Source: Balanoglossus misakiensis (Eukaryota; Animalia; Hemichordata). From it: a stretch of DNA of 64,000 nt. A program made the position numbers and the translations under genes. Shown here one piece after another: positions 40,430 through 55,400 of the stretch. A model generated the notes under the pieces. That model saw nothing but the letters and a program-made list of their open reading frames with translations. It searched no databases and was not told the DNA's origin. The stretch is taken from the NCBI GenBank assembly GCA_040954595.2, contig CM082588.2:2578144-2642143 (forward strand), written 5' to 3'. How positions within the stretch are numbered: the first letter of the stretch is position 1; the number at the start of each line of letters is the position of its first letter.

Positions 40430-43400
40430 ATGACATTTTTTCGACTTTGCGAATTTTCAATTTTTTTCACAAAAATCATGGGTTATAGCTCATGAAAATC
40501 ATCCAAAAATGAGAATTTTTCGACTTTGCGGAATTTCAAAATTTGGCCGATTTTTGAAAAAATCATGGGTTATAGCTCATGAAAATCATCCAAAAATGAG
40601 AATTTTTCGACTTTGCGGAATTTCAAAATTTGGCCGATTTTTGAAAAAATCATGGGTTATAGCTCATGAAAATCATCCAAAAATGAGAATTTTTCGACTT
40701 TGCGGAATTTCAAAATTTGGCCGATTTTTGAAAAAATTATGGGTTATAGCTCATGAAAATCATCCAAAAATGAGAATTTTTCGACTTTGCGGAATTTCAA
40801 AATATGGCCGATTTTTGAAAAAATCATGGGTTATAGCTCATGAAAATCATCCAAAAATGAGAATTTTTCGACTTTGCGGAATTTCAAAATTTGGCCGATT
40901 TTTGAAAAAATCATGGGTTATAGCTCATGAAAATCATCCAAAAATGAGAATTTTTCGACTTTGCGGAATTTCAAAATTTGGCCGATTTTTGAAAAAATCA
41001 TGGGTTATAGCTCATGAAAATCATGAAAAAATGAGAATTTTTCGACTTTGCGGAATTTCAAAATTTGGCCGATTTTTGAAAAAATCATGGGTTATAGCTC
41101 ATGAAAATCATCCAAAAATGAGAATTTTTCGACTTTGTGGAATTTCAAAATTTGGCCGATTTTTGAAAAAATCATGGGTTATAGCTCATGAAAATCATCC
41201 AAAAATGAGAATTTTTCGACTTTGCGGAATTTCAAAATTTGGCCGATTTTTGAAAAAATCATGGGTTATAGCTCATGAAAATCATCCAAAAATGAGAATT
41301 TTTCGACTTCGCGGAATTTCAAAATTTGGCCGATTTTTGAAAAAATCATGGGTTATAGCTCATGAAAATCATCCAAAAATGTCAATGCTATAACCCATGG
41401 TTTTTGTCAGAAAACCACCAAATTTTGAAATTTCGCGAAGTCGAAAAATTGACATTTCTGGATGATTTTCATGAGCTATAACCCATGGTTTTTGTCAGAA
41501 AACCACCAAATTTTGAAATTTCGCGAAGTCGAAAAATTGACATTTCTGGATGATTTTCATGAGCAATAACCCATGGTTTTTGTCAAAAAACCACCAAATT
41601 TTGAAATTCCGCGAAGTCGAAAAATTCTCATTTTTGGATGATTCTCATGAGCTATAACCCATGGTTTTTGTCAAAAAACCACCAAATTTTGAAATTTCGC
41701 GAAGTCGAAAAATTGACATTTCTGGATGATTTTCATGAGCTATAACCCATGATTTTTGTCAAAAAACCACCAAATTTTGAAATTTCGCGAAGTCGAAAAA
41801 TTGACATTTCTGGATGATTTTCATGAGCTATAACCCATGGTTTTTGTCAAACAACCACCAAATTTTGAAATTTCGCGAAGTCGAAAAATTGACATTTCTG
41901 GATGATTTTCATGAGCTATAACCCATGGTTTTTGTCAAAAAACCACCAAATTTTGAAATTTCGCGAAGTCGAAAAATTGACATTTCTGGATGATTTTCAT
42001 GAGCTATAACCCATGGTTTTTGTCAGAAAACCACAAAATTTTGAAATTTCGCGAAGTCGAAAAATTGACATTTCTGGATGATTTTCATGAGCTATAACCC
42101 ATGGTTTTTGTCGGAAAACCACCAAATTTTGAAATTTCTCGAAGTCGTAAAATTGACATTTCTGGATGATTTTCATGAGCTATAACCCATGGTTTTTGTC
42201 AGAAAACCACCAAATTTTGAAATTTCGCGAAGTCGAAAAATTGACATTTCTGGATGATTTTCATGAGCTATAACCCATGGTTTTTGTCAGAAAACCACCA
42301 AATTTTGAAATTTCTCGAAGTCGAAAAATTGACATTTCTGGATGATTTTCATGAGCTATAACCCATGGTTTTTGTCAGAAAACCACCAAATTTTGAAATT
42401 TCGCGAAGTCGAAAAATTGACATTTCTGGATGATTTTCATGAGCTATAACCCATGGTTTTTGTCAAAAAACCACCAAATTTTGAAATTTCGCGAAGTCGA
42501 AAAATTGACATTTCTGGATGATTTTCATGAGCTATAACCCATGGTTTTTGTCAGAAAACCACCAAATTTTGAAATTTCGCGAAGTCGAAAAATTGACATT
42601 TCTGGATGATTTTCATGAGCTATAACCCATGGTTTTTGTCAGAAAACCACCAAATTTTGAAATTTCGCGAAGTCGAAAAATTGACATTTCTGGATGATTT
42701 TCATGAGCTATAACCCATGGTTTTTGTCAGAAAACCACCAAATTTTGAAATTTCGCGAAGTCGAAAAATTGACATTTCTGGATGATTTTCATGAGCTATA
42801 ACCCATGGTTTTTGTCAGAAAACCACCAAATTTTAAAATTTCGCGAAGTCGAAAAATTGACATTTCTGGATGATTTTCATGAGCTATAACGCATGGTTTT
42901 TGTCAAAAAACCACCAAATTTTGAAATTTCGCGAAGTCGAAAAATTGACATTTCTGGATGATTTTCATGAGCTATAACCCATGGTTTTTGTCAAAAAACC
43001 ACCAAATTTTGAAATTTCGCGAAGTCGAAAAATTGACATTTCTGGATGATTTTCATGAGCTATAACCCATGGTTTTTGTCAAAAAACCACCAAATTTTGA
43101 AATTTCGCGAAGTCGAAAAATTGACATTTCTGGATGATTTTCATGAGCTATAACCCATGGTTTTTGTCAGAAAACCACCAAATTTTGAAATTTCGCGAAG
43201 TCGAAAAATTGACATTTCTGGATGATTTTCATGAGCTATAACCCATGGTTTTTGTCAGAAAACCACCAAATTTTGAAATTTCGCGAAGTCGAAAAATTGA
43301 CATTTCTGGATGATTTTCATGAGCTATAACCCATGGTTTTTGTCAGAAAACCACCAAATTTTGAAATTTCGCGAAGTCGAAAAATTGACATTTCTTGATG

Positions 43401-46400
43401 ATTTTCATGAGCTATAACCCATGGTTTTTGTCGGAAAACCACCAAATTTTGAAATTTCTCGAAGTCGTAAAATTGACATTTCTGGATGATTTTCATGAGC
43501 TATAACCCATGGTTTTTGTCAGAAAACCACCAAATTTTGAAATTTCGCGAAGTCGAAAAATTGACATTTCTGGATGATTTTCATGAGCTATAACCCATGG
43601 TTTTTGTCAGAAAACCACCAAATTTTGAAATTTCTCGAAGTCGAAAAATTGACATTTCTGGATGATTTTCATGAGCTATAACCCATGGTTTTTGTCAGAA
43701 AACCACCAAATTTTGAAATTTCGCGAAGTCGAAAAATTGACATTTCTGGATGATTTTCATGAGCTATAACCCATGGTTTTTGTCAAAAAACCACCAAATT
43801 TTGAAATTTCGCGAAGTCGAAAAATTGACATTTCTGGATGATTTTCATGAGCTATAACCCATGGTTTTTATCAAAAAACCACCAAATTTTGAAATTTCGC
43901 GAAGTCGTAAAATTGACATTTCTGGATGATTTTCATGAGCTATAACCCATGGTTTTTGTCAGAAAACCACCAAATTTTGAAATTTCGCGAAGTCGAAAAA
44001 TTGACATTTCTGGATGATTTTCATGAGCTATAACCCATGGTTTTTGTCAGAAAACCACCAAATTTTGAAATTTCGCGAAGTCGAAAAATTGACATTTCTG
44101 GATGATTTTCATGAGCTATAACCCATGGTTTTTGTCAGAAAACCACCAAATTTTGAAATTTTGCGAAGTCGAAAAATTGACATTTCTGGATGATTTTCAT
44201 GAGCTATAACCCATGGTTTTTGTCAGAAAACCACCAAATTTTGAAATTTCGCGAAGTCGAAAAATTGACATTTCTGGATGATTTTCATGAGCTATAACCC
44301 ATGGTTTTTGTCAGAAAACCACCAAATTTTGAAATTTCGCGAAGTCGAAAAATTGACATTTCTGGATGATTTTCATGAGCTATAACCCATGGTTTTTGTA
44401 AGAAAACCACCAAATTTTGAAATTTCGCGAAGTCGAAAAATTGTCATTTCTCGATGATTTTCATGAGCTATAACCCATGGTTTTTGTCAGAAAACCACCA
44501 AATTTTGAAATTCCGCGAAGTCGAAACATTCTCATTTTTGGATGATTCTCATGAGCTATAACCCATGGTTTTTATAAAAAAACCACCAAATGTTGAAATT
44601 TCGCGAAGTCGAAAAATTGACATTTCTGGATGATTTTCATGAGCTATAACCCATGGTTTTTATCAAAAATCGGCCAAATTTTGAAATTCCGCAAAGTCGA
44701 AAAATTCTCATTTTTGGATGATTTTCATGAGCTATAACCCATGGTTTTTGTCAGAAAACCACCAAATTTTGAAATTTCGCGAAGTCGAAAAATTGACATT
44801 TCTGGATGATTTTCATGAGCTATAACCCATGGTTTTTGTCAGAAAACCACCAAATTTTGAAATTTCGCGAAGTCGAAAAATTGACATTTCTGGATGATTT
44901 TCATGAGCTATAACCCATGGTTTTTGTCAGAAAACCACCAAATTTTGAAATTTCGCGAAGTCGAAAAATTGACATTTCTGGATGATTTTCATGAGCTATA
45001 ACCCATGGTTTTTGTCAGAAAACCACCAAATTTTGAAATTTCGCGAAGTCGAAAAATTGACATTTCTGGATGATTTTCATGAGCTATAACCCATGGTTTT
45101 TGTCAAAAAACCACCAAATTTTGAAATTTCGCGAAGTCGAAAAATTGACATTTCTGGATGATTTTCATGAGCTATAACCCATGGTTTTTGTCAAAAAACC
45201 ACCAAATTTTGAAATTTCGCGAATTCGAAAAATTGACATTTCTGGATGATTTTCATGAGCTATAACCCATGGTTTTTGTCAGAAAACCACCAAATTTTGA
45301 AATTTCGCGAAGTCGAAAAATTGACATTTCTGGATGATTTTCATGAGCTATAACCCATGGTTTTTGTCAGAAAACCACCAAATTTTGAAATTTTGCGAAG
45401 TCGAAAAATTGACATTTCTGGATGATTTTCATGAGCTATAACCCATGGTTTTTGTCAGAAAACCACCAAATTTTGAAATTTCGCGAAGTCGAAAAATTGA
45501 CATTTCTGGATGATTTTCATGAGCTATAACCCATGGTTTTTGTCAGAAAACCACCAAATTTTGAAATTTCGCGAAGTCGAAAAATTGACATTTCTGGATG
45601 ATTTTCATGAGCTATAACCCATGGTTTTTGTAAGAAAACCACCAAATTTTGAAATTTCGCGAAGTCGAAAAATTGTCATTTCTCGATGATTTTCATGAGC
45701 TATAACCCATGGTTTTTGTCAGAAAACCACCAAATTTTGAAATTCCGCGAAGTCGAAACATTCTCATTTTTGGATGATTCTCATGAGCTATAACCCATGG
45801 TTTTTATAAAAAAACCACCAAATGTTGAAATTTCGCGAAGTCGAAAAATTGACATTTCTGGATGATTTTCATGAGCTATAACCCATGGTTTTTATCAAAA
45901 ATCGGCCAAATTTTGAAATTCCGCAAAGTCGAAAAATTCTCATTTTTGGATGATTTTCATGAGCTATAACCCATGGTTTTTGTCAGAAAACCACCAAATT
46001 TTGAAATTTCGCGAAGTCGAAAAATTGACATTTCTGGATGATTTTCATGAGCTATAACCCATGGTTTTTGTCAGAAAACCACCAAATTTTGAAATTTCGC
46101 GAAGTCGAAAAATTGACATTTCTGGATGATTTTCATGAGCTATAACCCATGGTTTTTGTCAGAAAACCACCAAATTTTGAAATTTCGCGAAGTCGAAAAA
46201 TTGACATTTCTGGATGATTTTCATGAGCTATAACCCATGGTTTTTGTCAGAAAACCACCAAATTTTGAAATTTCGCGAAGTCGAAAAATTGACATTTCTG
46301 GATGATTTTCATGAGCTATAACCCATGGTTTTTGTCAAAAAACCACCAAATTTTGAAATTTCGCGAAGTCGAAAAATTGACATTTCTGGATGATTTTCAT

Positions 46401-49400
46401 GAGCTATAACCCATGGTTTTTGTCAAAAAACCACCAAATTTTGAAATTTCGCGAATTCGAAAAATTGACATTTCTGGATGATTTTCATGAGCTATAACCC
46501 ATGGTTTTTGTCAAAAAACCACCAAATTTTGAAATTTCGCGAAGTCGAAAAATTGACATTTCTGGATGATTTTCATGAGCTATAACCCATGGTTTTTGTC
46601 AGAAAACCACCAAATTTTGAAATTTCGCGAAGTCGAAAAATTGACATTTCTGGATGATTTTCATGAGCTATAACCCATGGTTTTTGTCAGAAAACCACCA
46701 AATTTTGAAATTTCGCGAAGTCGAAAAATTGACATTTCTGGATGATTTTCATGAGCTATAACCCATGGTTTTTGTCAAAAAACCACCAAATTTTGAAATT
46801 TCGCGAAGTCGAAAAATTGACATTTCTGGATGATTTTCATGAGCTATAACCCATGGTTTTTGTCAGAAAACCACCAAATTTTGAAATTTCGCGAAGTCGA
46901 AAAATTGACATTTCTGGATGATTTTCATGAGCTATAACCCATGGTTTTTGTCAGAAAACCACCAAATTTTGAAATTTCGAGAAGTCGAAAAATTGACATT
47001 TCTGGATGATTTTCATGAGCTATAACCCATGGTTTTTGTCAGAAAACCACCAAATTTTGAAATTTCGCGAAGTCGAAAAATTGACATTTCTGGATGATTT
47101 TCATGAGCTATAACCCATGGTTTTTGTCAGAAAACCACCAAATTTTGAAATTTCGCGAAGTCGAAAAATTGACATTTCTGGATGATTTTCATGAGCTATA
47201 ACCCATGGTTTTTGTCAGAAAACCACCAAATTTTGAAATTTCGCGAAGTCGAAAAATTGACATTTCTGGATGATTTTCATGAGCTATAACCCATGGTTTT
47301 TATCAAAAAACCACCAAATTTTGAAATTTCGCGAAGTCGAAAAATTGACATTTCTGGATGATTTTCATGAGCTATAACCCATGGTTTTTGTCAGAAAACC
47401 ACCAAATTTTGAAATTTCTCGAAGTCGTAAAATTGACATTTCTGGATGATTTTCATGAGCTATAACCCATGGTTTTTGTCAGAAAACCACCAAATTTTGA
47501 AATTTCGCGAAGTCGAAAAATTGACATTTCTGGATGATTTTCATGAGCTATAACCCATGGTTTTTGTCAGAAAACCACCAAATTTTGAAATTTCGCGAAG
47601 TCGAAAAATTGACATTTCTGGATGATTTTCATGAGCTATAACCCATGGTTTTTGTCAGAAAACCACCAAATTTTGAAATTTCGCGAAGTCGAAAAATTGA
47701 CATTTCTGGATGATTTTCATGAGCTATAACCCATGGTTTTTGTCAGAAAACCACCAAATTTTGAAATTTCGCGAAGTCGAAAAATTGACATTTCTGGATG
47801 ATTTTCATGAGCTATAACCCATGGTTTTTGTCAAAAAACCACCAAATTTTGAAATTTCGCGAAGTCGAAAAATTGACATTTCTGGATGATTTTCATGAGC
47901 TATAACCCATGGTTTTTATCAAAAAACCACCAAATTTTGAAATTTCGCGAAGTCGAAAAATTGACATTTCTGGATGATTTTCATGAGCTATAACCCATGG
48001 TTTTTGTCAGAAAACCACCAAATTTTGAAATTTCTCGAAGTCGTAAAATTGACATTTCTGGATGATTTTCATGAGCTATAACCCATGGTTTTTGTCAGAA
48101 AACCACCAAATTTTGAAATTTCGCGAAGTCGAAAAATTGACATTTCTGGATGATTTTCATGAGCTATAACCCATGGTTTTTGTCAGAAAACCACCAAATT
48201 TTGAAATTTCGCGAAGTCGAAAAATTGACATTTCTGGATGATTTTCATGAGCTATAACCCATGGTTTTTGTCAGAAAACCACCAAATTTTGAAATTTCGC
48301 GAAGTCGAAAAATTGACATTTCTGGATGATTTTCATGAGCTATAACCCATGGTTTTTGTCAGAAAACCACCAAATTTTGAAATTTCGCGAAGTCGAAAAA
48401 TTGACATTTCTGGATGATTTTCATGAGCTATAACCCATGGTTTTTGTCAGAAAACCACCAAATTTTAAAATTTCGCGAAGTCGAAAAATTGACATTTCTG
48501 GATGATTTTCATGAGCTATAACCCATGGTTTTTGTCAAAAAACCACCAAATTTTGAAATTTCGCGAAGTCGAAAAATTGACATTTCTGGATGATTTTCAT
48601 GAGCTATAACCCATGGTTTTTGTCAAAAAACCACCAAATTTTGAAATTTCGCGAAGTCGAAAAATTGACATTTCTGGATGATTTTCATGAGCTATAACCC
48701 ATGGTTTTTGTCAGAAAACCACCAAATTTTGAAATTTCGCGAAGTCGAAAAATTGACATTTCTGTATGATTTTCATGAGCTATAACCCATGGTTTTTGTC
48801 AGAAAACCACCAAATTTTGAAATTTCGCGAAGTCGAAAAATTGACATTTCTGGATGATTTTCATGAGCTATAACCCATGGTTTTTGTCAAAAACCACCAA
48901 ATTTTGAAATTTCGCGAAGTCGAAAAATTGACATTTCTGGATGATTTTCATGAGCTATAACCCATGGTTTTTGTCAGAAAACCACCAAATTTTGAAATTT
49001 CGAGAAGTCGAAAAATTGACATTTCTGGATGATTTTCATGAGCTATAACCCATGGTTTTTGTCAGAAAACCACCAAATTTTGAAATTTCGCGAAGTCGAA
49101 AAATTGACATTTCTGGATGATTTTCATGAGCTATAACCCATGGTTTTTGTCAGAAAACCACCAAATTTTGAAATTTCGCGAAGTCGAAAAATTGACATTT
49201 CTGGATGATTTTCATGAGCTATAACCCATGGTTTTTGTCAGAAAAACACCAAATTTTGAAATTTCGCGAAGTCGAAAAATTGACATTTCTGGATGATTTT
49301 CATGAGCTATAACCCATGGTTTTTGTCAGAAAACCACCAAATTTTGAAATTTCGCGAAGTCGAAAAATTGACATTTCTGGATGATTTTCATGAGCTATAA

Positions 49401-52400
49401 CCCATGGTTTTTGTCAGAAAACCACCAAATTTTGAAATTTCGCGAAGTCGAAAAATTGACATTTCTGGATGATTTTCATGAGCTTTAACCCATGGTTTTT
49501 GTCAAAAAACCACCAAATTTTGAAATTTCGCGAAGTCGAAAAATTGACATTTCTGGATGATTTTCATGAGCTATAACCCATGGTTTTTGTCAGAAAACCA
49601 CCAAATTTTGAAATTTCGCGAAGTCGAAAAATTGACATTTCTGGATGATTTTCATGAGCTATAACCCATGGTTTTTGTCAGAAAACCACCAAATTTTGAA
49701 ATTTCGCGAAGTCGAAAAATTGACATTTCTGGATGATTTTCATGAGCTATAACCCATGGTTTTTGTCAAAAAACCACCAAATTTTGAAATTTCGCGAAGT
49801 CGAAAAATTGACATTTCTGGATGATTTTCATGAGCTATAACCCATGGTTTTTGTCAAAAAACCACCAAATTTTGAAATTTCGCGAAGTCGAAAAATTGAC
49901 ATTTCTGGATGATTTTCATGAGCTATAACCCATGGTTTTTGTCAGAAAACCACCAAATTTTGAAATTTCGCGAAGTCGAAAAATTGACATTTCTGTATGA
50001 TTTTCATGAGCTATAACCCATGGTTTTTGTCAGAAAACCACCAAATTTTGAAATTTCGCGAAGTCGAAAAATTGACATTTCTGGATGATTTTCATGAGCT
50101 ATAACCCATGGTTTTTGTCAAAAAACCACCAAATTTTGAAATTTCGCGAAGTCGAAAAATTGACATTTCTGGATGATTTTCATGAGCTATAACCCATGGT
50201 TTTTGTCAGAAAACCACCAAATTTTGAAATTTCGAGAAGTCGAAAAATTGACATTTCTGGATGATTTTCATGAGCTATAACCCATGGTTTTTGTCAGAAA
50301 ACCACCAAATTTTGAAATTTCGCGAAGTCGAAAAATTGACATTTCTGGATGATTTTCATGAGCTATAACCCATGGTTTTTGTCAGAAAACCACCAAATTT
50401 TGAAATTTCGCGAAGTCGAAAAATTGACATTTCTGGATGATTTTCATGAGCTATAACCCATGGTTTTTGTCAGAAAAACACCAAATTTTGAAATTTCGCG
50501 AAGTCGAAAAATTGACATTTCTGGATGATTTTCATGAGCTATAACCCATGGTTTTTGTCAGAAAACCACCAAATTTTGAAATTTCGCGAAGTCGAAAAAT
50601 TGACATTTCTGGATGATTTTCATGAGCTATAACCCATGGTTTTTGTCAGAAAACCACCAAATTTTGAAATTTCGCGAAGTCGAAAAATTGACATTTCTGG
50701 ATGATTTTCATGAGCTATAACCCATGGTTTTTGTCAAGAAACCACCAAATTTTGAAATTTCGCGAAGTCGAAAAATTGACATTTCTGGATGATTTTCATG
50801 AGCTATAACCCATGGTTTTTGTCAGAAAACCACCAAATTTTGAAATTTCGCGAAGTCGAAAAATTGACATTTCTGGATGATTTTCATGAGCTATAACCCA
50901 TGGTTTTTGTCAGAAAACCACCAAATTTTGAAATTTCGCGAAGTCGAAAAATTGACATTTCTGGATGATTTTCATGAGCTATAACCCATGGTTTTTGTCA
51001 AAAAACCACCAAATTTTGAAATTTCGCGAAGTCGAAAAATTGACATTTCTGGATGATTTTCATGAGCTATAACCCATGGTTTTTGTCAGAAAACCACCAA
51101 ATTTTGAAATTTCGCGAAGTCGAAAAATTGACATTTCTGGATGATTTTCATGAGCTATAACCCATGATTTTTGTCAGAAAACCACCAAATTTTGAAATTT
51201 CGCGAAGTCGAAAAATTTACATTTCTGGATGATTTTCATGAGCTATAACCCATGGTTTTTGTCAAAAAACCACCAAATTTTGAAATTTCGCGAAGTCGAA
51301 AAATTGACATTTCTGGATGATTTTCATGAGCTATAACCCATGGTTTTTGTCAAAAAACCACCAAATTTTGAAATTTCGCGAAGTCGAAAAATTGACATTT
51401 CTGGATGATTTTCATGAGCTATAACCCATGGTTTTTGTCAAAAAACCACCAAATTTTGAAATTTCGCGAAGTCGAAAAATTGACATTTCTGGATGATTTT
51501 CATGAGCTATAACCCATGGTTTTTGTCAAAAAACCACCAAATTTTGAAATTTCGCGAATTCGAAAAATTGACATTTCTGGATGATTTTCATGAGCTATAA
51601 CCCATGGTTTTTGTCAGAAAAACACCAAATTTTGAAATTTCGCGAAGTCGAAAAATTGACATTTCTGGATGATTTTCATGAGCTATAACCCATGGTTTTT
51701 GTCAAAAAACCACCAAATTTTGAAATTTCGCGAATTCGAAAAATTGACATTTCTGGATGATTTTCATGAGCTATAACCCATGGTTTTTGTCAAAAAACCA
51801 CCAAATTTTGAAATTTCGCGAAGTCGAAAAATTGACATTTCTGGATGATTTTCATGAGCTATAACCCATGGTTTTTGTCAGAAAACCACCAAATTTTGAA
51901 ATTTCGCGAAGTCGAAAAATTGACATTTCTGGATGATTTTCATGAGCTATAACCCATGGTTTTTGTCAGAAAACCACCAAATTTTGAAATTTCGCGAAGT
52001 CGAAAAATTGACATTTCTGGATGATTTTCATGAGCTATAACCCATGGTTTTTGTCAAAAAACCACCAAATTTTGAAATTTCGCGAAGTCGAAAAATTGAC
52101 ATTTCTGGATGATTTTCATGAGCTATAACCCATGGTTTTTGTCAGAAAACCACCAAATTTTGAAATTTCGCGAAGTCGAAAAATTGACATTTCTGGATGA
52201 TTTTCATGAGCTATAACCCATGGTTTTTGTCAGAAAACCACCAAATTTTGAAATTTCGAGAAGTCGAAAAATTGACATTTCTGGATGATTTTCATGAGCT
52301 ATAACCCATGGTTTTTGTCAGAAAACCACCAAATTTTGAAATTTCGCGAAGTCGAAAAATTGACATTTCTGGATGATTTTCATGAGCTATAACCCATGGT

Positions 52401-55400
52401 TTTTGTCAGAAAACCACCAAATTTTGAAATTTCGCGAAGTCGAAAAATTGACATTTCTGGATGATTTTCATGAGCTATAACCCATGGTTTTTGTCAGAAA
52501 ACCACCAAATTTTGAAATTTCGCGAAGTCGAAAAATTGACATTTCTGGATGATTTTCATGAGCTATAACCCATGGTTTTTATCAAAAAACCACCAAATTT
52601 TGAAATTTCGCGAAGTCGAAAAATTGACATTTCTGGATGATTTTCATGAGCTATAACCCATGGTTTTTGTCAGAAAACCACCAAATTTTGAAATTTCTCG
52701 AAGTCGTAAAATTGACATTTCTGGATGATTTTCATGAGCTATAACCCATGGTTTTTGTCAGAAAACCACCAAATTTTGAAATTTCGCGAAGTCGAAAAAT
52801 TGACATTTCTGGATGATTTTCATGAGCTATAACCCATGGTTTTTGTCAGAAAACCACCAAATTTTGAAATTTCGCGAAGTCGAAAAATTGACATTTCTGG
52901 ATGATTTTCATGAGCTATAACCCATGGTTTTTGTCAGAAAACCACCAAATTTTGAAATTTCGCGAAGTCGAAAAATTGACATTTCTGGATGATTTTCATG
53001 AGCTATAACCCATGGTTTTTGTCAGAAAACCACCAAATTTTGAAATTTCGCGAAGTCGAAAAATTGACATTTCTGGATGATTTTCATGAGCTATAACCCA
53101 TGGTTTTTGTCAAAAAACCACCAAATTTTGAAATTTCGCGAAGTCGAAAAATTGACATTTCTGGATGATTTTCATGAGCTATAACCCATGGTTTTTATCA
53201 AAAAACCACCAAATTTTGAAATTTCGCGAAGTCGAAAAATTGACATTTCTGGATGATTTTCATGAGCTATAACCCATGGTTTTTGTCAGAAAACCACCAA
53301 ATTTTGAAATTTCTCGAAGTCGTAAAATTGACATTTCTGGATGATTTTCATGAGCTATAACCCATGGTTTTTGTCAGAAAACCACCAAATTTTGAAATTT
53401 CGCGAAGTCGAAAAATTGACATTTCTGGATGATTTTCATGAGCTATAACCCATGGTTTTTGTCAGAAAACCACCAAATTTTGAAATTTCGCGAAGTCGAA
53501 AAATTGACATTTCTGGATGATTTTCATGAGCTATAACCCATGGTTTTTGTCAGAAAACCACCAAATTTTGAAATTTCGCGAAGTCGAAAAATTGACATTT
53601 CTGGATGATTTTCATGAGCTATAACCCATGGTTTTTGTCAGAAAACCACCAAATTTTGAAATTTCGCGAAGTCGAAAAATTGACATTTCTGGATGATTTT
53701 CATGAGCTATAACCCATGGTTTTTGTCAGAAAACCACCAAATTTTAAAATTTCGCGAAGTCGAAAAATTGACATTTCTGGATGATTTTCATGAGCTATAA
53801 CCCATGGTTTTTGTCAAAAAACCACCAAATTTTGAAATTTCGCGAAGTCGAAAAATTGACATTTCTGGATGATTTTCATGAGCTATAACCCATGGTTTTT
53901 GTCAAAAAACCACCAAATTTTGAAATTTCGCGAAGTCGAAAAATTGACATTTCTGGATGATTTTCATGAGCTATAACCCATGGTTTTTGTCAGAAAACCA
54001 CCAAATTTTGAAATTTCGCGAAGTCGAAAAATTGACATTTCTGTATGATTTTCATGAGCTATAACCCATGGTTTTTGTCAGAAAACCACCAAATTTTGAA
54101 ATTTCGCGAAGTCGAAAAATTGACATTTCTGGATGATTTTCATGAGCTATAACCCATGGTTTTTGTCAAAAAACCACCAAATTTTGAAATTTCGCGAAGT
54201 CGAAAAATTGACATTTCTGGATGATTTTCATGAGCTATAACCCATGGTTTTTGTCAGAAAACCACCAAATTTTGAAATTTCGAGAAGTCGAAAAATTGAC
54301 ATTTCTGGATGATTTTCATGAGCTATAACCCATGGTTTTTGTCAGAAAACCACCAAATTTTGAAATTTCGCGAAGTCGAAAAATTGACATTTCTGGATGA
54401 TTTTCATGAGCTATAACCCATGGTTTTTGTCAGAAAACCACCAAATTTTGAAATTTCGCGAAGTCGAAAAATTGACATTTCTGGATGATTTTCATGAGCT
54501 ATAACCCATGGTTTTTGTCAGAAAAACACCAAATTTTGAAATTTCGCGAAGTCGAAAAATTGACATTTCTGGATGATTTTCATGAGCTATAACCCATGGT
54601 TTTTGTCAGAAAACCACCAAATTTTGAAATTTCGCGAAGTCGAAAAATTGACATTTCTGGATGATTTTCATGAGCTATAACCCATGGTTTTTGTCAGAAA
54701 ACCACCAAATTTTGAAATTTCGCGAAGTCGAAAAATTGACATTTCTGGATGATTTTCATGAGCTATAACCCATGGTTTTTGTCAAAAAACCACCAAATTT
54801 TGAAATTTCGCGAAGTCGAAAAATTGACATTTCTGGATGATTTTCATGAGCTATAACCCATGGTTTTTGTCAGAAAACCACCAAATTTTGAAATTTCGCG
54901 AAGTCGAAAAATTGACATTTCTGGATGATTTTCATGAGCTATAACCCATGGTTTTTGTCAGAAAACCACCAAATTTTGAAATTTCGCGAAGTCGAAAAAT
55001 TGACATTTCTGGATGATTTTCATGAGCTATAACCCATGGTTTTTGTCAAAAAACCACCAAATTTTGAAATTTCGCGAAGTCGAAAAATTGACATTTCTGG
55101 ATGATTTTCATGAGCTATAACCCATGGTTTTTGTCAAAAAACCACCAAATTTTGAAATTTCGCGAAGTCGAAAAATTGACATTTCTGGATGATTTTCATG
55201 AGCTATAACCCATGGTTTTTGTCAGAAAACCACCAAATTTTGAAATTTCGCGAAGTCGAAAAATTGACATTTCTGTATGATTTTCATGAGCTATAACCCA
55301 TGGTTTTTGTCAGAAAACCACCAAATTTTGAAATTTCGCGAAGTCGAAAAATTGACATTTCTGGATGATTTTCATGAGCTATAACCCATGGTTTTTGTCA

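Noticed and set aside
40519-40540. CENP-B box in the monomer (TTCG...CGG)
   Set aside because: Spacing and core bases do not fit TTCGnnnnAnnCGGG.
40509-41393. 294-aa ORF of 29-aa repeats (MRIFRLCGISKFGRFLKKSWVIAHENHPK), plus similar ORFs at 59905, 60871 and 63109
   Set aside because: A by-product of the 87-bp monomer (divisible by 3, with no stop in one frame); the 88-bp monomers break the frame. There is no evidence of coding constraint.
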